Part shown: piece by piece, positions 35,354-41,958 of the stretch
How the letters are laid out: every line of letters begins with the position of its first letter
How positions within the stretch are numbered: the first letter of the stretch is position 1
Virus record (IMG/VR): IMGVR_UViG_3300033555_000010
Span: 1 to 41,958 of that record
Reading direction: 5' to 3' (one strand)
Origin: a virus
Lineage: Duplodnaviria; Caudoviricetes
DNA: 41,958 nt
Made by a program: the position numbers and the translations under genes
The notes under the pieces: generated by a model
What the model saw: the letters and a program-made list of their open reading frames with translations, nothing else
What the model was told of the DNA's origin: nothing
Databases searched by the model: none

Positions 35354-36727
35354 ATGACTGACAAAGAAGTAATGCAACCAGCCACCGAAGGCTGGGTGAT
35401 GGCCCCGAGGCATCCGACGCCCGAAATGATTTCGGCAGGCCGCAATGCTCCAATGTGCGCGACAGCAGCGCACACCATTATTGAAGACTACATTGAGCTT
35501 TACAAAGCAATGCTAGCAGCGGCCCCAGCCATCGCCCAGCCAGTACAACCAGCCGATGCTGTAGCGCCGATAACCGATGCTGGCGATCAGGCGCTGGGCT
35601 TGTATGCCGTGCAGGAAATGGAACTGCAAGACCTCTTTAAAAAGCATCGGCCTGATATGGACGGACACCTTTTGTCTCGGGTCGCGCAGCTACTGACAGC
35701 ACCAGCGCAGCCAAACATCGCCCAGCCAGCACTTGTTACCCTCATCAGTGAGGGTGACATCACCCGGCCAGAACAGCCAGCCCCGCCAGAGTGTGAAACT
35801 GAAGGCGAAAAAAGGGCGTATGCCTTCGGTTGGTTTAAAGCTCTTGAGCAAGCCCGCAATGAAAAAACCGCGCAGCCAGCCGCGTACATGAATGCGGATG
35901 GCGATTTATTTTCAGTAGAGTCGCACGAAAAGTTTGGGTACGGCTCTACTCCACTGTACGTGTCACCACCTATCGCGCAGCCAGTACAGCCAGCCGCGCA
36001 GCCTGTAGGCTACCGAAGTTTGCAACCATCTGGCAGCTACACATACTGCAACACTCCGCAGTTTTTTGATAATGCAGAGCCGGTCTACACCCACCCAGCC
36101 GCCATCGTGCTACCCGTGCAGTCAGCCACAACAGATGCAGACGAGTTGCGCCGAGCGGTCCAGTATTTCACTACGGCACTGAATGAAGGGGAGTGGGCTG
36201 AGTGGGTTTCTACCGACCCGGACGCGCGGGAGCTTGAGTCGGCAATCACCGATATGCACAACGAGATTAGAGAAGCGCGTGATGCGTTGGATTGTGTGAA
36301 CGCAAACGGCGCCCAGTCAGTACAACCAGCCGCCGAAAGAAACTTTTGCGAGCGTTGCGGCAAGCGTTTAGGTGATAGCGAGCATATCCACACTTGCACA
36401 CCACCCACCCAGGCAGCCCAGCCAGTACAGCCAGACCTCGCCTCACTGCTTTTGATGCAAGAAGACCACCTGTTGGCGGCGCGTATTGCAGAAGGGCACA
36501 AGCCGACTTCATCCCCGCCGTTGACTATGCCTTTGGCTGGCCTGCTGTACGCAAAGTTGACGCAGCCAGTACAGCCAGACACTGCGCGCCTCGACTGGTT
36601 GGCAATGTACGGGTCTTTTGGAGTAGACAGCAGTTCTGGACAGCCAGGCGGCAACGGGCAAAAACGCATGGCAGCGACGAGAAAAAATATTGATGTAGGT
36701 ATGGCTCAAACAGAAAGCACGAAATGA
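35354..36727 (+). CDS. Mosaic multi-cassette early protein with AQPVQP linkers
   Basis: 457 aa; unrelated modules separated by a recurring linker; AAGGA RBS. Confidence 0.8.
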   Translation: MTDKEVMQPATEGWVMAPRHPTPEMISAGRNAPMCATAAHTIIEDYIELYKAMLAAAPAIAQPVQPADAVAPITDAGDQALGLYAVQEMELQDLFKKHRPDMDGHLLSRVAQLLTAPAQPNIAQPALVTLISEGDITRPEQPAPPECETEGEKRAYAFGWFKALEQARNEKTAQPAAYMNADGDLFSVESHEKFGYGSTPLYVSPPIAQPVQPAAQPVGYRSLQPSGSYTYCNTPQFFDNAEPVYTHPAAIVLPVQSATTDADELRRAVQYFTTALNEGEWAEWVSTDPDARELESAITDMHNEIREARDALDCVNANGAQSVQPAAERNFCERCGKRLGDSEHIHTCTPPTQAAQPVQPDLASLLLMQEDHLLAARIAEGHKPTSSPPLTMPLAGLLYAKLTQPVQPDTARLDWLAMYGSFGVDSSSGQPGGNGQKRMAATRKNIDVGMAQTESTK

Positions 36728-37164
36728 CCGAATCAGCCAAAGCTGGTGATGCGGAGGAGCTTAAAGAGTGGGCATCTAAGGACTTCTCTATTTTTATTAA
36801 CTATTTGCGAGACAGAACGCATTTCGACGCTGACCTGATTGAGCGCATGTTGGCTTTTGCAGTACAGGTTAAACAAGATTCGCTACCCGTACAGTCAGCC
36901 TTGTCCGACCAAGGCATGGACTGCACGCACTATCAAAAAATGCTTACCCTTGAAACTGGCGCTACACGCTGGGAACAAGTGTCATCGCACATTGAACCAG
37001 CCGCGCAGCCAGGACAACCAGCCCTTGTGCGCTTTGGCACGCAAGAACAGCGAATGGCTATGTTGAAAAACTCACTGCCACAGTACGACACGCGGCTGTT
37101 CTCAAACCTGTCAAATCAAGCACATGGATACGTCCAGCCATCCCAACCAAAGGAAACCAAATGA
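36724..37164 (+). CDS. Mosaic early protein with the same linkers
   Basis: 146 aa containing LPVQSA, AQPGQPA, VQPSQP. Confidence 0.7.
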   Translation: MTESAKAGDAEELKEWASKDFSIFINYLRDRTHFDADLIERMLAFAVQVKQDSLPVQSALSDQGMDCTHYQKMLTLETGATRWEQVSSHIEPAAQPGQPALVRFGTQEQRMAMLKNSLPQYDTRLFSNLSNQAHGYVQPSQPKETK

Positions 37165-37352
37165 TTATTCTTAACCTCATCCTGTTCCTAGTCATCCTCG
37201 GCGTGCTCTGGTGGATCGTCAGCCTACTGCTGTTGCCGCCGCCATTCCCGACGATTATTCAGGTGCTGTTTGTCATCCTGGCGGTGCTGGCGCTGCTGAA
37301 TGTTTTGTTTGGTTTATCGCTGTTGGGTGTTGCTGTGCCAAGGCTTGTATGA
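37161..37352 (+). CDS. Small 2-TM membrane protein
   Basis: 63 aa; two hydrophobic helices joined by a PPPFP turn; AAGGA RBS. Confidence 0.75.
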   Translation: MIILNLILFLVILGVLWWIVSLLLLPPPFPTIIQVLFVILAVLALLNVLFGLSLLGVAVPRLV

Positions 37353-37654
37353 CTGATAAAGAACTTTTAGAACTAGCGGCTAAGGCTGCAAATCAACCTA
37401 TCGAGTTTACTGATGGCGTGCCTGTTGCATTTATAAAGGATGGCGTGGTTTTCCCGCCATGGAATCCGCTCACTGACGACGGTGACGCGCTGCGGCTTGC
37501 TGCACTTTTAGAGATAGATTTAGAGTTTGATGGGCACAAAGTACGCGCACTTACCGGAGAGTTTGCGGCAAGAGAGGAATCCGGGAGCGACCGATGTGCA
37601 GCTATACGCCGCGCCATTGTTCGAGCTGCTGCTGCGATAGGGGGTAAAGCATGA
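37349..37654 (+). CDS. Hypothetical phage protein (WNPLTDDGDALRLA family)
   Basis: MTDKELLELAAKAA...RRAIVRAAA motif. Confidence 0.8.
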   Translation: MTDKELLELAAKAANQPIEFTDGVPVAFIKDGVVFPPWNPLTDDGDALRLAALLEIDLEFDGHKVRALTGEFAAREESGSDRCAAIRRAIVRAAAAIGGKA

Positions 37655-37971
37655 GCGAATCAAAAACGTGGGATGCCCGCGCCGAGGCTGGCCGTGGTGC
37701 GTTACTCGCGCAGCCAGCCCAGACAGCCGACCATGTTGCTGACGTTAGCAAATTGGTGAGCGAGTTTGTCATTGCTGATCTTGCCATGACGCACTTAGGC
37801 AGCTACGCAGAAAAGGATTATGACTTTGCGATGGCGGTAATGAAGGCGTACCAACGGGCAGTCGGCCACCACCCGAAATTGAGCGCTGGCGCGGCTTGCA
37901 GCCCGATTGGCGGCGATTCGGCCACCAGCCTTGCCAGCATCACACCACAACCTGCGGAGGGCGAGACATGA
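37651..37971 (+). CDS. Hypothetical protein
   Basis: 106 aa, ATGA-coupled on both sides. Confidence 0.65.
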   Translation: MSESKTWDARAEAGRGALLAQPAQTADHVADVSKLVSEFVIADLAMTHLGSYAEKDYDFAMAVMKAYQRAVGHHPKLSAGAACSPIGGDSATSLASITPQPAEGET

Positions 37972-38240
37972 GTGAACTCAACCGTCAACAGCTTTGCGCC
38001 GCGTTGAACGTCAGCGAATCGACGGTGAGGCGCTTGGAGCAATTCGGGCTACCATTCACGCCCGTAGGAAGCAGATCAAAACGCTATGACCTTGCCGAAT
38101 GCAAGCGATGGCTGAAAGTCAACCAATGTCACAATGGACAGACAAGAATGGCCGCAAACACATCGGCATCATGGTCGATGGCAAGAGAGTACATCGCATC
38201 CTCCCGCAAGGCACAACTGCGGGTGACTCCAAGCGCATAG
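37968..38240 (+). CDS. xis: Excisionase-like HTH protein
   Basis: LNRQQLCAALNVSESTVRRL..GLP..RYDLAECKRWL; upstream of and overlapping int. Confidence 0.8.
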   Translation: MSELNRQQLCAALNVSESTVRRLEQFGLPFTPVGSRSKRYDLAECKRWLKVNQCHNGQTRMAANTSASWSMAREYIASSRKAQLRVTPSA

Positions 38241-39118
38241 AGGCAGAGCTGCGCGGCGCAATGGGCCGGATGTCTGTCAATATCCCCGGCGACCCGCCAA
38301 TGGCCTCAATCATGGGGATTTATGTTGACCACGCCAAAACACTACGCAGCAGCGACACGGCGATTTATCACGCGCAGCGCATAGCCGCTTGGGTTTCCAA
38401 GTATCAAGCAAGTCAGGCCCGCGAGTGTGCCGCGCACATTATCAAAGACATGACGGTTTTACAGGCTGATTCAACGGGTAATATGAAGCCCGCTTACGCC
38501 CCGGCAACTGTTAACCGCAGTCTTGCCGCCATGAAAAAAGGCTTGTCGCTAGCTTGGGAGCGCAATATCACGCCAGAAAACTACGGCCTGCGCGTCAAAA
38601 CACTGGTGACAAACAACAAACGCGAGGTGTTTTTAAGTGTGGAGCAGGTGCGGCAGATTACACAGCATTGCACAGAGCAGGCACAAGCGGCGATTTGGGC
38701 GGCACTTTTGACAGGTGCGCGGCGTGGCGAAATCTTTAAGATAGAAAAGCAGCACATCCATGAAAACGAGATTCATGTGCCTGCCAGCCACACAAAGACC
38801 ATGCGCAGCCGGGTCATTCCCATTATTGATGAGCTTAGGCCGTGGCTGGTTTACTTCCCCCTGACCTTGAGTATTGACGGTGTGAAATCGTCATGGCGGC
38901 GTGCGCGCATCAAAGCCGGTATGCCGGATGTTAACTTTCATGACTTGCGCCATAGCTGCGCCAGCATCATGCTTAGTCTTGGCGTTGACCTCTACACCAT
39001 CAGTAAGGTGTTAGGCCACAGCAATACGCAGACCACTCAGCGCTACGCCCATTTGCAGGTTGAGCAGCAAAGGGAAGCGCTGGGTCGGCTTGGTAACCTG
39101 GTGCGGAAGTCTGCATGA
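38126..39118 (+). CDS. int: Tyrosine integrase
   Basis: LLTGARRGE, FHDLRHS, LGHS, TQRYAH catalytic motifs. Confidence 0.95.
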   Translation: MSQWTDKNGRKHIGIMVDGKRVHRILPQGTTAGDSKRIEAELRGAMGRMSVNIPGDPPMASIMGIYVDHAKTLRSSDTAIYHAQRIAAWVSKYQASQARECAAHIIKDMTVLQADSTGNMKPAYAPATVNRSLAAMKKGLSLAWERNITPENYGLRVKTLVTNNKREVFLSVEQVRQITQHCTEQAQAAIWAALLTGARRGEIFKIEKQHIHENEIHVPASHTKTMRSRVIPIIDELRPWLVYFPLTLSIDGVKSSWRRARIKAGMPDVNFHDLRHSCASIMLSLGVDLYTISKVLGHSNTQTTQRYAHLQVEQQREALGRLGNLVRKSA

Positions 39119-39336
39119 ATTGCACAAGGCATTGCACAGAGTTTAAATTTCGCTATAGATTTGGTAGCTACCAAGCCTTTTACCTATTGGTGGGCGGTGC
39201 AAGTTTCGAACTTGCGACCCCTGCAGTGTGAATGAAGGTTAGCCCCATTTAATAGCCCTGCTTCATTGGGAAGCTGGAGCACACGGATAGCTCTGCACTG
39301 TGTAAACGGCCTATAAATTACACAAATATTGCACAG
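39119..39336. other. attP-like site: tRNA-Val(CAC) 3'-half core (39188-39234) flanked by ATTRCACAR arm-type repeat pairs
   Basis: Minus strand CATTCACACTGCAGGGGTCGCAAGTTCGAAACTTGCACCGCCCACCA; repeats at 39119, 39131, 39317, 39328. Confidence 0.85.
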
Positions 39337-39339
39337 ACC

Positions 39340-39483
39340 TTAGCCATCAATCGACGGCCAAATAACCGGTTTGCACTCGACCAGCGGCTGACGCTCGACG
39401 CAAAGCATATAAGTGATGGTCGCGCCAAGGGAAACGCCAATCAGCAGGATTGCGGTAAACGCGAAGAATATGTGAATAGTCAT
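39340..39483 (-). CDS. Small membrane protein after spanins (47 aa; not in ORF track)
   Basis: MTIHIFFAFTAILLIGVSLGATITYMLC...; ATGA overlap with Rz stop. Confidence 0.55.
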   Translation of the reverse strand: MTIHIFFAFTAILLIGVSLGATITYMLCVERQPLVECKPVIWPSIDG

Positions 39484-39953
39484 GGTGCTATGCACACTTC
39501 GCCGATGTACCGCTGCAGAGCCGTTGTCTGGCCCGCCATTCGTTTAGCTGCTTCGTCCAGAATGACAACAGTGCTTGCGCATCCGGCAATGATGTTAGAT
39601 CGGGGGTCACCATAATCTCCGGGCTCGGCGGCGGTATCTGTACCGGCGGTACTATCAACGCTGGCTTTGAGGTCGCGCAAGCGGTCAGCAGTAACGCGGC
39701 TATCATCGACAAGCCGAGCCTTTTCTTTGATAAAAGCATTGGTGATCCCATCATTAGTAATCGTTAGCGATTTTTCTTTCATGCGCGCCGCTTCACTGGC
39801 GGCGGCTACGGCCTCGGTGTAAGCTTGCTTTTCAACCGCCCACACGGCCCGGACGTTTGCTTTACCCGTCCGATACGCAAAGCCGTGCGTTAGCGCCAGC
39901 ACAGCGGCCAGCGCAAGGGCCAGCCACACACGCGGACTCAGTAGGGCCATCAT
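39480..39953 (-). CDS. Rz: Inner-membrane spanin (Rz-like)
   Basis: N-terminal TM then coiled periplasmic domain; downstream of endolysin. Confidence 0.8.
   Translation of the reverse strand: MMALLSPRVWLALALAAVLALTHGFAYRTGKANVRAVWAVEKQAYTEAVAAASEAARMKEKSLTITNDGITNAFIKEKARLVDDSRVTADRLRDLKASVDSTAGTDTAAEPGDYGDPRSNIIAGCASTVVILDEAAKRMAGQTTALQRYIGEVCIAP
39488..39739 (-). CDS. Rz1: Outer-membrane lipoprotein spanin embedded in Rz
   Basis: Lipobox LLTAC, Pro-rich mature part, nested in an alternate frame. Confidence 0.85.
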   Translation of the reverse strand: MLLSKKRLGLSMIAALLLTACATSKPALIVPPVQIPPPSPEIMVTPDLTSLPDAQALLSFWTKQLNEWRARQRLCSGTSAKCA

Positions 39954-40147
39954 GTAAAAACCCCTTTCTGGAACATTTTTTGTTCCTGAATGGTTCGCTC
40001 TTGAAACCACTTGCGAGGGTTTCCGCACATATAACAACTGCATGACTTTGGCGTTTCTGCCATTACTGCACCTGTTCCGCTGTATTTCGAGCGTTTCGCT
40101 TTTAGCCGTGCCGCCTCATGCCGCCGGTTAGCGCGGGATTGCGTCAT
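39950..40147 (-). CDS. Small basic Cys-motif protein in lysis cassette (65 aa)
   Basis: MTQSRANRRH...CSCYMCGNPRK; ATGA overlaps with endolysin and Rz. Confidence 0.65.
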   Translation of the reverse strand: MTQSRANRRHEAARLKAKRSKYSGTGAVMAETPKSCSCYMCGNPRKWFQERTIQEQKMFQKGVFT

Positions 40148-40626
40148 AGCACCGCCGACCCGATGGCGATAGCCTCTGCGCCGGTTTTGCCTCTGAATAG
40201 CGCCTGCTCTGCTGCACGTCTGCGCTTGAGTCCTAGCATGACCTTGCCCGCAGCTCGATCCCACATCAGGAATTGGGCATCAGCACCCACTAAGTCGCCA
40301 GCGTTAAACCATCTGAGCAGCGTCGAGTTTTTGAGATTGCCTAAACCGATGTTGTAGCTCAGGCAGACCATTGCATCAAACTGCGGCTGGCTCGCAGGTC
40401 GTTTCAGCAAGCGCAGCACACCCGGCTCAAACTCATCGCTGAGTCGTTTGGCAAAGCGTGCGTCTGCTTCGTGCTGCGTGATGCATAAACCCTGCACAAC
40501 ATCCGGCCCGGTATCGCCGTAACCCACTGTCCAGGGCTTGCCGCCCGTTGCCGGGTCGGGATAGGCTTTTAAGCGGCAGGACTCGTAATAATGAAGAACC
40601 TCAATGGCGTTAGGCGATGCTTTCAT
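40144..40626 (-). CDS. Endolysin, GH24 phage lysozyme
   Basis: YESCRLKAYPD..WTVGYG, QFDAMV..YNIG, GLKRRR..E..LF. Confidence 0.95.
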   Translation of the reverse strand: MKASPNAIEVLHYYESCRLKAYPDPATGGKPWTVGYGDTGPDVVQGLCITQHEADARFAKRLSDEFEPGVLRLLKRPASQPQFDAMVCLSYNIGLGNLKNSTLLRWFNAGDLVGADAQFLMWDRAAGKVMLGLKRRRAAEQALFRGKTGAEAIAIGSAVL

Positions 40627-41093
40627 TCTTTGCCCTTCGTTTGGTCATCAGCGGGTTTGTTGACAAGCTGCGTCTTGCGGGCGTTGATCCACTCAAGCCC
40701 GGCATTCAAAATCCAATCAATTGCGGCAATGCGGCTCCAGCCCGCTACCAGTACAGCCGTGAATCGAATCTCTGCGGGTACAGCAAGCCCGGCAGAGCGC
40801 ACCGCCTGCACAATGACGAAAGCCAGCATTCCGGCGATGAGCGCCTTGATTGCGTCCCATGCCGCCGTGCTGAGAATGTCGCGCACGACGCGCTTGTCTG
40901 ATTCCAGACTGAGAATCGTGCGGATAACGCCGCCGAGCAAAGCGGTAGCAGCGGCCCATTGCAATAAAGCATGGTCATAGCCGCCCATAAATTCAGACAA
41001 GGTAGCAGCCTGAACAGTCTTGTAAAAAAGCAGCGCCCACAAAACCATGAGCATCGTGATTACGCGATGGCGCGTTACGCAAGGTTGCTTCAT
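40623..41093 (-). CDS. Putative holin
   Basis: Multi-TM protein with charged C-terminus directly upstream of endolysin. Confidence 0.6.
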   Translation of the reverse strand: MKQPCVTRHRVITMLMVLWALLFYKTVQAATLSEFMGGYDHALLQWAAATALLGGVIRTILSLESDKRVVRDILSTAAWDAIKALIAGMLAFVIVQAVRSAGLAVPAEIRFTAVLVAGWSRIAAIDWILNAGLEWINARKTQLVNKPADDQTKGKE

Positions 41094-41530
41094 GTGGCGT
41101 CATCCTCTGCGCGGCGTTGCGACGAATTCAATGTGTAGGCCAGGGCCGTAGCCATCGCCATGTTTAGAATTGACGAGGCAACAAAACTTGCCGTAACGTA
41201 CTGATAGTCAAGGTTTCGGGACAAGAAAGCCATGAACGCATACAAGACGCCGCCCGCCATGATTGACCAGCAAGCCAGCCGGGTGATGCGCCGGTTGTGG
41301 CTCTTAAACATATTCAGCACTTGCACCAGGAAATAAGGCGTAATCAGCACAGCCGACAACATCCAGTAGTAGGCTAAAGCCTGCGGGTATGTCGAAAGCT
41401 GCGCGATTTTGCTCATAACCGTGTGCTCTGAAAATATCCACAAAGCATCAACGACCATGTTGCCGCCAAGGGCTGTCGCTAGCAGCCCTCCGAGCAACCG
41501 CACCTCTATTTTTAAGTCTCTGACAATCAT
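41090..41530 (-). CDS. 4-TM membrane protein (holin/antiholin candidate)
   Basis: 146 aa, four hydrophobic segments; AAGGA RBS. Confidence 0.6.
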   Translation of the reverse strand: MIVRDLKIEVRLLGGLLATALGGNMVVDALWIFSEHTVMSKIAQLSTYPQALAYYWMLSAVLITPYFLVQVLNMFKSHNRRITRLACWSIMAGGVLYAFMAFLSRNLDYQYVTASFVASSILNMAMATALAYTLNSSQRRAEDDAT

Positions 41531-41551
41531 GCTTTCCTTGCGTTTAGGCGT

Positions 41552-41576
41552 AAAAAAACCGCTGGTTAGGCGGTTT
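41552..41576 (-). terminator. Intrinsic terminator upstream of lysis genes
   Basis: AAACCGC-CTAACCA-GCGGTTT-TTTT. Confidence 0.75.
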
Positions 41577-41615
41577 GCTGGTTGCTATTTGGGCGTCTTG
41601 GCTTATATTTGCGGG

Positions 41616-41696
41616 ATGAACTTTGATCCCATATTCCTTGGCTGGCTTGGCGCTCTTTGTGTACTCGCCGTGATAAATCACCTACGGGGCAAGTAA
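41616..41696 (+). CDS. Hydrophobic 26-aa peptide, antisense to late transcript
   Basis: MNFDPIFLGWLGALCVLAVINHLRGK; TTGCTA-N16-TATATT 6 nt upstream. Confidence 0.4.
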   Translation: MNFDPIFLGWLGALCVLAVINHLRGK

Positions 41697-41958
41697 ACCG
41701 CCACCCACAGCCATTCCTGGCAACAAGAACGAATCAAGCAAAGGCTGGCGTGGCTGTTGAGCCAATAGTCCGGGTGTGATGTTTTGCGCCTGTCTAGCGC
41801 CAATGCTTAATTTCCACTCGTTCAGAGGGTCGCTTATTAAAGACCGGCCAAGCGGTCCAAACTTCGAAGCCCCTGCAAGCATATCTAATCCGCGCCCTAG
41901 CACTAATGCGCCTGAATTGCTGTTATTAACCGCCGAGCCTACTGGCTGGTTCGTCATG
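41682..41958 (-). CDS. C-terminus of a probably larger protein (likely partial)
   Basis: ORF reaches the window end; ..QPVGSAVNNSNSGA..GGGLLAP. Confidence 0.55.
   Translation of the reverse strand, partial: MTNQPVGSAVNNSNSGALVLGRGLDMLAGASKFGPLGRSLISDPLNEWKLSIGARQAQNITPGLLAQQPRQPLLDSFLLPGMAVGGGLLAP

Larger units (their letters stand above)
35531..37728 (+). repeat. Dispersed ~21-bp linker repeat GCSCAGCCAGTACARCCAGMC (about 12 copies, some degenerate)
   Basis: Copies near 35534, 35705, 35870, 35975, 36107, 36311, 36416, 36560, 36880, 37003, 37132, 37708. Confidence 0.85.
1..41958. mobile_element. Temperate lambdoid/HK97-like siphophage genome (incomplete at both window ends; attP-like junction inside)
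   Basis: Ordered head, tail, replication, immunity, integration and lysis modules; no host genes. Confidence 0.95.

Noticed and set aside
35531-37728. Repeat-spacer appearance suggesting a CRISPR array
   Set aside because: Repeats are degenerate, in-frame within ORFs and irregularly spaced (about 100-570 nt); no cas genes or leader
39188-39234. Functional tRNA-Val gene
   Set aside because: Only the anticodon loop to CCA is present; upstream sequence cannot form the 5' acceptor or D arm, so it is treated as an att core

Overview
The whole window is a temperate, lambdoid/HK97-like siphophage; no bacterial housekeeping genes are visible. A betaproteobacterial host is my inference from gene style only. 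Reading leftward on the minus strand it carries cro, a lambda-O-like initiator, DnaB, NinG/NinB, a Q-like antiterminator, an HNH gene, a late promoter/terminator, about 700 nt of non-coding structured RNA, a packaging HNH, a putative cos region, terS/terL, portal, Clp-type prohead protease, HK97 capsid, head-tail connectors, tail tube, a -1 frameshifted chaperone pair, tape measure and tail-tip/fibre genes (cut off at base 1). The plus strand carries cI, the pL early operon (Sak-like annealase, SSB-like protein, mosaic accessory proteins), xis and a tyrosine integrase. Next comes an att site (3' half of tRNA-Val(CAC) with arm-type repeats on both sides, i.e. attP-like) and then the lysis cassette. 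Most notable: (1) a train of abutting structured RNA modules, including a D-stem-less tRNA mimic, at the head of the late transcript; (2) a portal with a long repeat extension coupled to three extra structural-looking genes before the protease; (3) a head-spike base/fibre module after the capsid gene; (4) early proteins built from variable cassettes joined by a conserved ~21-bp linker; (5) a GTTAC-based operator shared between the replication origin and a small cassette whose product has a basic helix like the initiator's. All family calls come from recognising motifs by eye; no searches were run.
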